Below, piece by piece: positions 49,062-58,218 of a stretch of DNA of 64,000 nt. Both the position numbers and the translations under genes were made by a program. This DNA is from Chitinophagaceae bacterium (GTDB lineage: Bacteria; Bacteroidota; Bacteroidia; Chitinophagales; Chitinophagaceae): positions 267-64,266 of the forward strand of contig DATHDV010000213.1 in NCBI GenBank assembly GCA_035318845.1, in the 5' to 3' direction. The notes beneath the pieces are model-generated. The model ran no database searches and was not told where the DNA came from. It worked only from the letters and a program-made list of their open reading frames with translations. Position 1 is the stretch's first letter. Each line of letters opens with the position of its first letter.

Positions 49062-49652
49062 ATGCTGACTGCTGAACGTTTCTCATCACTCACCAATATT
49101 GTTATAGACAATTTTGAAGGCGGGTATTATCACCCGGATATGGCCAAAAAAATGAAACCAAGCGACCAGGCATTAATGGCTGCGTCCGGTGAAACGATGT
49201 TTGGGCTGGATAGAAAAGCCGGGGCGCAACTGGCTGTATATCCCGAATGGAAACAATTTTGGGATATGGTAGATGAGGCAAATGCCCGTACTAACTGGAA
49301 ACATTATAGCCTTGGCGGTGCGCTCAATGCTCCTCTAAAGGAACTGACCGGTAAAATAATGTACCAGTGGTTCAACCACCTTGCTGCAAAATACCTGGTT
49401 GGAGATAGCATTGATAAAATATCTGCCGATGACCGGTTGGTAATTCATTTCAGCTATGCAAGCTGGAACGGTGAAGGCTGGTTCAAGAAGTTTGCAGATG
49501 CCCTCAACGCAGCTAAGGGAACAAAAGAGCAAATTTTTCAGGAAGCTATCAAAGCAAGAACAGAGGCAATAAACAAATCCGGATCTCCAAACAAAGCAAT
49601 AAGACAGCAGGGAGTAAATATGATGACTCTGTTTGCCAAATTACACCTTTAA
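49062..49652 (+). CDS. Putative GH108-like lysozyme-fold protein
   Basis: FEGGYYHPD...SGETMFGLD resembles the EGGY...GxTxxGI motif; no signal peptide. Confidence 0.55.
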   Translation: MLTAERFSSLTNIVIDNFEGGYYHPDMAKKMKPSDQALMAASGETMFGLDRKAGAQLAVYPEWKQFWDMVDEANARTNWKHYSLGGALNAPLKELTGKIMYQWFNHLAAKYLVGDSIDKISADDRLVIHFSYASWNGEGWFKKFADALNAAKGTKEQIFQEAIKARTEAINKSGSPNKAIRQQGVNMMTLFAKLHL

Positions 49653-49693
49653 GCGATTGCAAAACGTTGTAAATTGCAGTTCAATGCAAAGCT

Positions 49694-49894
49694 ATGGGTG
49701 AGACAATAACAAAATACCGGGTTTGCAAAATCGTTAACAGCAATGCCATCGGGGGTGTTACTACATATGATCTGGTAAGTACCGACCAAAGCGATTTCGA
49801 TAATTATGATGCTGCACGCAAGTGGATTGATAACTTAGAAGATATCCATAGGTATGGGGAATATGTAATATTAGAAGTATTCGTGAGGACTTAG
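49694..49894 (+). CDS. Small hypothetical protein (66 aa)
   Basis: ATG start, co-directional, plausible globular composition. Confidence 0.55.
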   Translation: MGETITKYRVCKIVNSNAIGGVTTYDLVSTDQSDFDNYDAARKWIDNLEDIHRYGEYVILEVFVRT

Positions 49895-49991
49895 TTCGTT
49901 TTATTCCTTTTACTTTCATTGAAATTTATCCTGCCCTGTCTTTCATTTTTTGAATATCTCTTTTTTTTGTACTCAACTATTCAAAGCAACC

Positions 49992-50007
49992 CGTTTGCAC
50001 ACGGATA
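49992..50007. repeat. 16-bp direct repeat copy 2, CGTTTGCACACGGATA
   Basis: Identical to 48280-48295. Confidence 0.85.
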
Positions 50008-50040
50008 ATTTTTCCTATCTTACTTACCCGAAAGCTTGCT

Positions 50041-50421
50041 ATGTCTGGATCAGAACTAACAAAAACCTGTCTTGCCTGCGGCAAAACATTAAAAGGAAGA
50101 ATTGATAAAAAATTCTGCGATGATTATTGCCGCAACAACTATAATAACCAGCAAAAAGCCAAAGGAAGCCACAGCAGCTTTGTAAGAAATATCAATAATG
50201 CCCTGCTGAAAAACAGGAAGGTCCTGGAATCTATTTTGCCCGCCGGAGAAGAGACGGCAAAAGCCAATAAGGATAAATTATTGCGGTTGGGTTTTCAATT
50301 CAAATATCTTACCCATTTATATATTACCAAAACCGGCAAGACATACTTCTATTGTTATGATTATGGTTACCTGCCGCTGGATAATGACTGGTACCTGATT
50401 GTAAAAAAGAAAGAAGATTAA
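50041..50421 (+). CDS. Zn-ribbon protein (DUF2116-like Bacteroidota family)
   Basis: CLACGKTLKGRIDKKFCDDYCRNNYNN; GFQFKYLTH; YFYCYDYGY. Confidence 0.85.
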   Translation: MSGSELTKTCLACGKTLKGRIDKKFCDDYCRNNYNNQQKAKGSHSSFVRNINNALLKNRKVLESILPAGEETAKANKDKLLRLGFQFKYLTHLYITKTGKTYFYCYDYGYLPLDNDWYLIVKKKED

Positions 50422-50491
50422 ACCCGTCCCCATGAAGCCGGTGTATCGTACAAACCGGTATTACTAGTTTTATTTAAAAAAAAAATTAAAG

Positions 50492-53400
50492 ATGCCAGTT
50501 CGTCTTATTTTTCCCGTTTGCTTTTGGGTTTTATGTTTAAATTTTTCTTTTGCACAGCAACCCTCTCCAAAACTAATGTTGCCGATCGGCAGCAAACTGG
50601 AAGTATTGTCTGCACAATTCAGCCCTGACGGAAAAAGAATTGTTACTGCTTCTGCCGACAAGACCGCATTGGTGTGGGATGCTGTTAGCGGAAATCTTTT
50701 GCTTATCCTTGACGATCACAAAGACATTGTGTCCTACGCAGAATTCAGTCCCGATGGAAAAAAGATCGTCACCTCTTCCTATGATAATATGGTGAGAGTG
50801 TGGGATGCTGAAACAGGTGAACGTTTATATACTTTAAAAGGACATAAGGATTCTGTGTTGTCGGCCCGATTCAGCCCCGATAGCAGGAAAATTGTTTCTG
50901 CATCGGCTGATGCCACAGCCAAATTATGGGATGTTGATACCCGGAGGCTTATTGCTGATCTGTCCGGACATGATGCCCGGGTTAACTCAGCAGAGTTCAG
51001 TCCTGATGGAACGATGATCGTGTCAGCTTCGACCAATGGCACGACTGCATTATGGAATGTAAAAACCGGTATGGGTAAATATTTAGGGGCTAAAGCCGAA
51101 GATCAGCACCGGGCTTCGGTAACCTCGGCTTCCTTCAGCAAGGATAATAAATTCATAGTAACGGGATCGGAAGATAGGACCATAAAGATCTGGGATGTTT
51201 CCAGCGGAAAGCTTTTAAAAACTCTGCAAAAACATACGGATAAAATTAATTCAGCACAGTTCAGCCCGGATGGGACCAAAGTGGTTACCTCTTCAAGAGA
51301 CAAAACAGCAAGGATCTGGAATGTGGCCGATGGAACTGTTTTGTTCACATTGGAAGGACATACCAATTCACTAAAATCTGCTCAATTCACCCGCGACGGA
51401 AAAAAGATCATCACAACCTCTTTTGATACTACCGCAAGGATCTGGGATGTGGCTACCGGTCATGCTGATACCGTATTAAAAGGACATCGAAGAACAGTTT
51501 GGGCTGCTGCAATCAGCAAAGACAATACAAAGTTCGTTACAGCATCATATGACGGCACAGCCAAAGTGTGGGACCTGGCAACTGGATCGATGATAACCGA
51601 TCTGAAAGGACATACGAATTGGGTTTACTCCGCTCAATTTAGCCCGGATGGAAAAAAAATTGTAACGGCAACCGATGATAGTACGATAAAAATATGGGAT
51701 GCGATAACCGGAACCCTGCTGACCAGTTTAACGGGACACAGGGATTGGGTCTATTCCGCTTTATTCAGTCCCGATGGAAAAAAAATTGTCAGCACATCAA
51801 GAGATAAGACAACCAAGGTTTGGGATATTGGCACGGGCGGGCAGGATTTTAATTTCCGGGTAAAAGATAATGCGTACCAAATAATATTCACCGACTACAG
51901 CCCCGATGGAAGCAAGATCGCTTTTGTAACCAGCGAAGATTCTGTGAAAATAATTGACGCCGTTACCTGGAACGAAATTCCCTGTTCAATCGGGCATCCG
52001 CAAATGGTAACAGCTAAGTTCAGCCCCGATGGTCAGAAGATCATCACCTCTTCAGGAGATTCAACAGCAAAAATATGGGACCTGGCAAGCGGAAAACTTT
52101 TGCAAACATTAAGTGGGCATAATGATGGGGTTTTATTTGCTGCTTACAGTCCCGATAACTCAAAAATTTTAACCACTTCTCTCGACAGGACTGCAATGAT
52201 CTGGAACAGTTCCGGTTTAGCAATCGATACGCTGATCGGGCATACTGAAAAAATAATTTATGCTGCATTCAGTCCTGATAGCAAAAAAGTTATTACGGCT
52301 TCCGAAGATAAAACAACTAAAGTCTGGGAAGTAAAAAGCGGAAAGCTTCTTTTTACATTAAAGGGACATACGGATTGGGTAAATACTGCACAGTTTGATC
52401 CCACCGGTAAAAAGATCATTACCGCATCCGGTGATAACACGGTTAAAGTTTGGAATGCTGACAATGGAAAACTGCTTTATACTTTTTTTGCCGTGGATAG
52501 TACGGATTATTTAGTTGTTGATCCATATAATCATTTTGATGGTACCGAAAATGCCCGTAACCTTCTTTACTTTACCTGTGGCTCCGAAAAAATTACATTG
52601 GACCAGGTAAAGGGCGATCTCTGGGAGCCCGGGCTGGTAGAACGGATAAATAATGGAGAACCCATTAAAGCAAAAACCTTGGATCAGCTGGATGTCTGTG
52701 GCCTGATCCCTGAAGTGGAAGCCACCGGTAACAGTACCAAGGAATTTCAATTTAAAGTTACACCCCGCAAGGGTGGTTTGGGAGAAACCGTTTTATTCGT
52801 TAACGGCATTGAAGCCAGGAGATTTAAAACGGAAGAATTAATTCGCAACAACTATGAAGTAAATATTAAAAAGGATTCCCTGAAAAATTATTTCCTTGCC
52901 AATGAAGAGAATTGGATCTCTTTAAAAGCCTATACAGGGGACAATTATATTTCGTCGCAGGAAGCAAAGATCAGTATTGACAAAGACGCTGACGAGACTT
53001 ATATAAAACCCAACCTGTATGCCGTAATGGTTGGAACAAGCCAGTATAAGGAGGCGCCTAAAAAAAGCGAAAGCATATTCGATACCAATATAAACCTGAG
53101 CTATCCTGCCATTGATGCCCGGGCAATATCTCAAACCGTTGAACGTGCAGCAAAAAAAATGTACGGTAATGACCATGTATTTATGTTCAACCTTACTACA
53201 GACAGCGCTGATGCCGTGAAGCCTAATAAACAAAATATCAAAAAGGCATTGGAGTTGATTGGAAAAAAAGCTACCGCCAACGATATATTACTCATTTTTT
53301 TATCCGGTCATGGTGTAATGACCGAAGAGAATGATACAAAACAATTTTATTACCTGACAGCCGATGCCACCAACCTGCTTGATGAAAGATCTTTTCCCCG

Positions 53401-54250
53401 GGTTGGCATCAGCACGGAAGAACTTACCGACTGGATCAGTCCGAAAAATATCAGGGCGCAAAAACGTATCCTGATCCTGGATGCCTGCCATAGCGGCCAG
53501 GCTATAAACAGTTTGCTGGAAAATGCACAGCAGACCAGGTCGGTTCCGGTTGCCAGGACGGATGACAGGTCGCAAATGATAAAAGAAATTGATAAGCTGA
53601 ATGAAAGATCCGGTTTATTTATTTTATCTGCATCAGCCAGCAACAAACTCGCTTTTGAATCAGATAAATATTCTCATGGCTATCTCACTTATTCTTTATT
53701 AAAAACGATCAAGCAACAGCCCGATATTCTCGAGGATGGAAAAAACCTGAATATAAGCCGCTGGTTCAATGCAGCCGGAAGATCGGTGAGTGATATTGCC
53801 AAAGAAGAGAACAATGACCAGAAGACACAGATCTTTTCAGTGGTCGATTTCAATATCGGGGAAGTGGACTCTGCTGTAATTTCAAACATCCGGCTGCAAG
53901 GAGAAAAACCACTATTCACTGCCAGCAGTTTTCAGAATGCTGATACGGCTGCTTATGGTGATGACCTGGGACTGACCAGATCTGTCAACGAAACTCTCCG
54001 GGAAATTTCAACAAAAGGAAAAGAAAGTAAAATTGTTTTTGCCATGTCTTATCCCGGCAGCGATGCCTATAGTATGGAAGGATCTTATAAACTCAAAGAC
54101 GATGAGCTGAACATTAAGATCCGCATCAAAAGAGGGAAGGAAGAAATTTGCAAGTTTGAAGAAAAGGGAATGGCTGACAAAGAAAAGATGAAGGAGCTGG
54201 CCGATCGTATCATTAAGAGGGCGGTGGATTGCGTTGAAGCAAAGAAATGA
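50492..54250 (+). CDS. Exported WD40-repeat protein with C-terminal caspase-like (peptidase C14) domain
   Basis: Signal peptide; 15 WD40 repeats counted (H...V.SA.FSPDG..IVT.S.D.T...WD); dyad FLSGHG and ILDACHSG. Confidence 0.92.
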   Translation: MPVRLIFPVCFWVLCLNFSFAQQPSPKLMLPIGSKLEVLSAQFSPDGKRIVTASADKTALVWDAVSGNLLLILDDHKDIVSYAEFSPDGKKIVTSSYDNMVRVWDAETGERLYTLKGHKDSVLSARFSPDSRKIVSASADATAKLWDVDTRRLIADLSGHDARVNSAEFSPDGTMIVSASTNGTTALWNVKTGMGKYLGAKAEDQHRASVTSASFSKDNKFIVTGSEDRTIKIWDVSSGKLLKTLQKHTDKINSAQFSPDGTKVVTSSRDKTARIWNVADGTVLFTLEGHTNSLKSAQFTRDGKKIITTSFDTTARIWDVATGHADTVLKGHRRTVWAAAISKDNTKFVTASYDGTAKVWDLATGSMITDLKGHTNWVYSAQFSPDGKKIVTATDDSTIKIWDAITGTLLTSLTGHRDWVYSALFSPDGKKIVSTSRDKTTKVWDIGTGGQDFNFRVKDNAYQIIFTDYSPDGSKIAFVTSEDSVKIIDAVTWNEIPCSIGHPQMVTAKFSPDGQKIITSSGDSTAKIWDLASGKLLQTLSGHNDGVLFAAYSPDNSKILTTSLDRTAMIWNSSGLAIDTLIGHTEKIIYAAFSPDSKKVITASEDKTTKVWEVKSGKLLFTLKGHTDWVNTAQFDPTGKKIITASGDNTVKVWNADNGKLLYTFFAVDSTDYLVVDPYNHFDGTENARNLLYFTCGSEKITLDQVKGDLWEPGLVERINNGEPIKAKTLDQLDVCGLIPEVEATGNSTKEFQFKVTPRKGGLGETVLFVNGIEARRFKTEELIRNNYEVNIKKDSLKNYFLANEENWISLKAYTGDNYISSQEAKISIDKDADETYIKPNLYAVMVGTSQYKEAPKKSESIFDTNINLSYPAIDARAISQTVERAAKKMYGNDHVFMFNLTTDSADAVKPNKQNIKKALELIGKKATANDILLIFLSGHGVMTEENDTKQFYYLTADATNLLDERSFPRVGISTEELTDWISPKNIRAQKRILILDACHSGQAINSLLENAQQTRSVPVARTDDRSQMIKEIDKLNERSGLFILSASASNKLAFESDKYSHGYLTYSLLKTIKQQPDILEDGKNLNISRWFNAAGRSVSDIAKEENNDQKTQIFSVVDFNIGEVDSAVISNIRLQGEKPLFTASSFQNADTAAYGDDLGLTRSVNETLREISTKGKESKIVFAMSYPGSDAYSMEGSYKLKDDELNIKIRIKRGKEEICKFEEKGMADKEKMKELADRIIKRAVDCVEAKK

Positions 54251-54327
54251 TTGGCGGCTTTTTTTATTTATCAGTAAGAACAATTAACCCCGGACACTCG
54301 GTTCGGGCGGCTTCTTTCATTTGCCTT

Positions 54328-54335
54328 TACATTTG
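54328..54335 (+). promoter_or_regulatory. -7 promoter element TACATTTG, 4 nt before the mobA ATG
   Basis: Consensus match. Confidence 0.55.
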
Positions 54336-54339
54336 CATT

Positions 54340-54918
54340 ATGCCCGGACAAAAAGGAATAACTGCTATCATTCTCGCCGGTGGAAAAAGTTCCCGGATGA
54401 AAGAAGACAAGGGCCTGGTATATTTCAACGGGAAGATGCTGGTGGAACATGTTATTGCGTCAGCAAAAAAAATGACGGATCATATCATTATTATTACCGC
54501 CAATCCTGCTTACCGGCAATTTGGTTATCCCTGCATCGAAGATGAGATGAAAGAAAAAGGTCCGCTGGGCGGTATATTTACAGGGCTTGTGCATTCGTCC
54601 ACAGAAAAAAATCTTGTAATTGGTTGTGATATGCCTTTTCTTTCTCAAAATATTTTCAACGGGCTGATCAGTACTTGTGAGGGGTTGGATGCCCTGCTTA
54701 CCGAACACAAGGGCAAGATTGAACCTCTTTGCTCTGTATATGACAAGAGTTGTATTCCTCATTTCAGGCAGCTACTTGAGCAAGATCAGTTAAAAATCAC
54801 CGATGCGTTAGAAGGATTAAAAACAAGAGTTATTAGTTTTGACAACGAAGACTGGTTTGCAGGAAATGAATTTGCCAATATCAATTCTATTGAAGAACTT
54901 AATAAATACAAATTGTAA
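54340..54918 (+). CDS. mobA: Molybdenum cofactor guanylyltransferase
   Basis: IILAGGKSSRMKEDKG, GPLGGI, GCDMPF, EPLCSVY, NINS. Confidence 0.93.
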   Translation: MPGQKGITAIILAGGKSSRMKEDKGLVYFNGKMLVEHVIASAKKMTDHIIIITANPAYRQFGYPCIEDEMKEKGPLGGIFTGLVHSSTEKNLVIGCDMPFLSQNIFNGLISTCEGLDALLTEHKGKIEPLCSVYDKSCIPHFRQLLEQDQLKITDALEGLKTRVISFDNEDWFAGNEFANINSIEELNKYKL

Positions 54919-54936
54919 TTAATAAAACTACTCCGC

Positions 54937-56619
54937 TTGTCAAACAATATCAACCCCGACCTGGCCATCGCCCAAAACACACCTATCAGGCATATAAGAG
55001 ATATTGGTGCATGGGCCGGCATTTCAAAAGAGGACATGGAATATTATGGTAAATACAAAGCCAAGCTTCCCCTCAAGCTGATCGATGAAGAAAAGATCAA
55101 AAGAAGCAAGCTGATACTTGTAACAGCCATCAGTCCCACACCGGCAGGCGAAGGAAAGACAACGACATCAGTCGGACTTGCCGACGGTTTGAATAAGATC
55201 GGTAAAAAAACAATGGCAGTATTGAGAGAGCCTTCGCTCGGTCCGGTGTTCGGTATCAAGGGCGGCGCAGCTGGTGGTGGATATGCACAGGTGATACCGA
55301 TGGAAGATATCAACCTGCATTTCACCGGTGATTTCAGCGCCGTGGAAAAAGCAAATAATCTTTTAGCAGCGCTTATTGATAATAATATTCAAAGCAAGAC
55401 ACGCAGTCTTGACATTGATCCCCGCACCGTTGTCTGGAAAAGAGTAATGGATATGAATGACCGTTCATTAAGAAATATGGTTATCGGTTTAGGTGGCACG
55501 GCCAATGGTGTACCAAGATCGGATGGGTTTAATATCACAGCAGCATCTGAAGTGATGGCCATTTTATGTATGGCAAAAGACCTGGATGATCTGAAAGAGC
55601 GGCTTGGTAATATATTAGTTGGTTTCTGCAAAGACAATAAACCTGTATTCGCAAAGCATCTGAATGCACAGGGCGCCATGGCCATACTTTTAAAAGAGGC
55701 GATCAAACCCAATCTTGTACAAACACTGGAAGGCAATGCCGCGATCTTGCATGGTGGTCCGTTTGCAAATATTGCTCAGGGCACTAATACGATCATTGGT
55801 ACAAAAATGGGATTGTCATTGGCAGATTATGTAGTTACCGAAGCGGGATTCGGTGCCGACCTGGGTGCTGAAAAATTCATGAATATCAAATGCGGTTATT
55901 CTGGTTTAAAACCGGATGCGCTGGTATTGGTTGCTACAATAAGAGCCTTGCGTCATCATGGGGGCGCAAAGAAAACAGAATACAATACACCGGACCTTGA
56001 AAAAGTAAAGAAGGGTTTTGAAAACCTGGAGAAACATATTGAGAACTGTAAAAAATTCGGGTTGACTCCTGTTGTTGCCATCAATCATTTTGTTACCGAT
56101 TCAAAAGAAGAAGTTGAATTTGTAATGAAGGAATGCACAAAGCACGGCGTGAAGGCCCTGATCAGCGATTGTTGGGCAAAAGGTGGTGAGGGTATGACAG
56201 AGATCGCACAGGCGGTTGTTGATATTATCGAAAGCGGTATCAATAAATTCAAACCACTATACGATTGGAGCTTGTCCGTGGAAGAAAAAATAAAACTCAT
56301 CGCCACAGAAATATATGGAGCCGATGACGTGGAATATTCTCCCAAAGCAAGAGAAGGTTTGAAAATGATAAAAGAATTGGGCTTCGATAAACTTCCCGTT
56401 TGCATGGCCAAAACACAAAAATCTTTTTCTGATAAAGAAAACAAGATCGGTCGTCCCCGCAATTTCATTGTTACCGTTCGTGAATTTGAATTTGCCGCAG
56501 GGGCAGGATTTGTTATTCCCATCCTTGGGGATATGATGCGTATGCCCGGTTTGCCGGCCATCCCCGCATCAGAAGGAATGGATATTGATAATAATGGTAA
56601 AATCTCCGGATTGTCATGA
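54937..56619 (+). CDS. fhs: Formate--tetrahydrofolate ligase
   Basis: TAISPTPAGEGKTT, LREPSLGP, GGAAGGGY, HGGPFANIAQG, TEAGFGADLGAEKF; TTG start. Confidence 0.97.
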   Translation: MSNNINPDLAIAQNTPIRHIRDIGAWAGISKEDMEYYGKYKAKLPLKLIDEEKIKRSKLILVTAISPTPAGEGKTTTSVGLADGLNKIGKKTMAVLREPSLGPVFGIKGGAAGGGYAQVIPMEDINLHFTGDFSAVEKANNLLAALIDNNIQSKTRSLDIDPRTVVWKRVMDMNDRSLRNMVIGLGGTANGVPRSDGFNITAASEVMAILCMAKDLDDLKERLGNILVGFCKDNKPVFAKHLNAQGAMAILLKEAIKPNLVQTLEGNAAILHGGPFANIAQGTNTIIGTKMGLSLADYVVTEAGFGADLGAEKFMNIKCGYSGLKPDALVLVATIRALRHHGGAKKTEYNTPDLEKVKKGFENLEKHIENCKKFGLTPVVAINHFVTDSKEEVEFVMKECTKHGVKALISDCWAKGGEGMTEIAQAVVDIIESGINKFKPLYDWSLSVEEKIKLIATEIYGADDVEYSPKAREGLKMIKELGFDKLPVCMAKTQKSFSDKENKIGRPRNFIVTVREFEFAAGAGFVIPILGDMMRMPGLPAIPASEGMDIDNNGKISGLS

Positions 56620-56625
56620 AATCTG

Positions 56626-56717
56626 GTCCGAAAGTCAGGAAGACCGGGAGATCGAAAGAAACTTTCCTTTATTCGGACATTCTTCCGGACTTTCGGTCTT
56701 CCCGACTCCCGACTTTC
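56626..56717. repeat. Periodic hairpin element (GTCCGAAAGTCAGGAAGACCGGGAG...CTTCCGGACTTTCGGTCTTCCCGACTCCCGAC)
   Basis: Complementary periodic arms between fhs and fdhD. Confidence 0.75.
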
Positions 56718-56731
56718 TCCCTGATTTTAAG

Positions 56732-56739
56732 TAAATTTG
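56732..56739 (+). promoter_or_regulatory. -7 promoter element TAAATTTG, 4 nt before the fdhD ATG
   Basis: Consensus match. Confidence 0.5.
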
Positions 56740-56743
56740 GTAA

Positions 56744-57634
56744 ATGCGTCCCTCATCAGTTGCGGCGGTTCAGATCCTGAAGGTTACTTCTCCCGGAAGC
56801 GATAAAAATTCCTTTGTATCCAACTCGGCCGAGGACCTGCTTGCCGTTGAACAACCGCTTGAGATCAGGATCATTTATGGCGCAGAAAAAGAACGCCAGC
56901 AAAAAAATATTTCGGTCACGATGTGCACACCGGGCCATGATGCCGAGCTGGCAACCGGCTTTCTTTTTACAGAAGGAATTATTTGCGGTAAAGAAGACAT
57001 CCTGAACTATACTTCTTCCGGCGATAATATTGTAACCCTGGAATTGCGGCCGGGGATCTCATTTGACCCGCAAAAGATAGAACGTCATTTTTATACTTCT
57101 TCCAGCTGCGGCGTTTGCGGCAAGTCATCTATTGAGGCGGTCAGGAATGTTTTCACAAGCAAACAAATAAATGATAATATCAGGATCAATGCTTCGGCGA
57201 TCACAAAACTCCCGGAAGCATTGCGGAAACAGCAGGAAGTATTTGAACATACCGGTGGCTTGCATGCTTCGGCATTATTTGATACCGATGGCAACCTGTT
57301 GCTCACCCGGGAAGATGTGGGGAGGCATAATGCATTGGATAAATTGGTGGGTGCCGCATTAATGGCCGGCGACCTTCCATTGGATCATCATATATTATTA
57401 TTAAGCGGCCGTGCCAGTTTTGAATTGATTCAGAAAGCTGCAATGGCAGGAATAAAAATTGTATGTGCTGTTGGAGCGCCGTCAAGCCTTGCCGTTGAAT
57501 TGGCTAAAGAAACCGAGATGACCCTGATCGGTTTTTTAAGAGACGGGAGGTTTAATATTTATTGTGGTGTACAAAGAATAAATAATAACAGAATAAATGT
57601 ATCCCACGAAGACACAAAGAACACTAAGCTTTAA
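56744..57634 (+). CDS. fdhD: Formate dehydrogenase accessory sulfurtransferase
   Basis: LAVEQPLEI, TMCTPG, SSCGVCGK, TGGLHA, REDVGRHNALDK, SGRASFEL. Confidence 0.96.
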   Translation: MRPSSVAAVQILKVTSPGSDKNSFVSNSAEDLLAVEQPLEIRIIYGAEKERQQKNISVTMCTPGHDAELATGFLFTEGIICGKEDILNYTSSGDNIVTLELRPGISFDPQKIERHFYTSSSCGVCGKSSIEAVRNVFTSKQINDNIRINASAITKLPEALRKQQEVFEHTGGLHASALFDTDGNLLLTREDVGRHNALDKLVGAALMAGDLPLDHHILLLSGRASFELIQKAAMAGIKIVCAVGAPSSLAVELAKETEMTLIGFLRDGRFNIYCGVQRINNNRINVSHEDTKNTKL

Positions 57635-57676
57635 GAATCTGGTACATATTTCTTTGTGAACTTAGCGGCTTTGTGG
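57604..57676. repeat. 9-bp-periodic inverted element overlapping the fdhD 3' end
   Basis: CACGAAGACACAAAGAACACTAAG...CTTTGTGAACTTAGCGGCTTTGTG; same family as 880-976. Confidence 0.8.
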
Positions 57677-57688
57677 GAAATAATTTTT

Positions 57689-58066
57689 ATGAAAGTCAGG
57701 ATAAAAGGAAATTCCATTCGATACAGGCTTACCAAAACGGAGATAGCCAATTTTGGTAAACTTGGCTGGCTGGAAGAGAAAACAGAATTCTTAAACGGTC
57801 CTTCTTTTCATTATTGTCTTGAAAAGAAGACCGGCATTGAAAATATAGAGGCTTCGTTTTCCGGGAACAGGATTTGTATTTTTGTTCCGGAGAATATAGC
57901 TGCAGAATGGACAACCACCGATGTAGTGGGTTTCGATACTAAAATGGATATTGGCGATGGTAAAGACCTGTTCCTGCTGATAGAGAAAGATTTTGTTTGT
58001 CTTGACCATACTTTCGAAGACCAGAGTGATAATTACGAGAACCCGAATAAGGCCTGCCCGACGTAG
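57689..58066 (+). CDS. Conserved hypothetical protein (MKVRIKGNSIRYRL...LLIEKDFVCLD family)
   Basis: Recognisable small Bacteroidota family; function unknown. Confidence 0.8.
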   Translation: MKVRIKGNSIRYRLTKTEIANFGKLGWLEEKTEFLNGPSFHYCLEKKTGIENIEASFSGNRICIFVPENIAAEWTTTDVVGFDTKMDIGDGKDLFLLIEKDFVCLDHTFEDQSDNYENPNKACPT

Positions 58067-58097
58067 GCTGGTTTGTTGAAACATATTTTCTCAAATG

Positions 58098-58196
58098 AAA
58101 AAAAGGAACACAATGGACACAACGAATCTCACAAAGGACACAAAGTCTTCTTTGTGTCCTTCGTGCCTGCTTTGTGAACTTTGTGTTCCTTTTTTT
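58098..58196. repeat. 9-bp-periodic hairpin (AAAGGAACACAATGG..CACAAAGGACACAAAG-TCTT-CTTTGTGTCCTTCGTG..TTTGTGTTCCTTT)
   Basis: Long imperfect stem with a 4-nt loop; same family as 880-976. Confidence 0.8.
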
Positions 58197-58218
58197 GAGT
58201 GGCTTGAAATTTAAAACA

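Noticed and set aside
48525-49894. Prophage
   Set aside because: No integrase, terminase, capsid, tail or holin genes; flanks are ordinary chromosomal genes
50570-52490. Regularly spaced DNA repeats (TTCAGCCCGGATGG etc.) suggesting a CRISPR array
   Set aside because: They are WD40 coding repeats within one open frame; no cas genes or unique spacers
54247-54339. Track's longer mobA start overlapping the WD40-caspase stop
   Set aside because: The extension crosses a promoter-like element; ATG 54340 matches the family N-terminus
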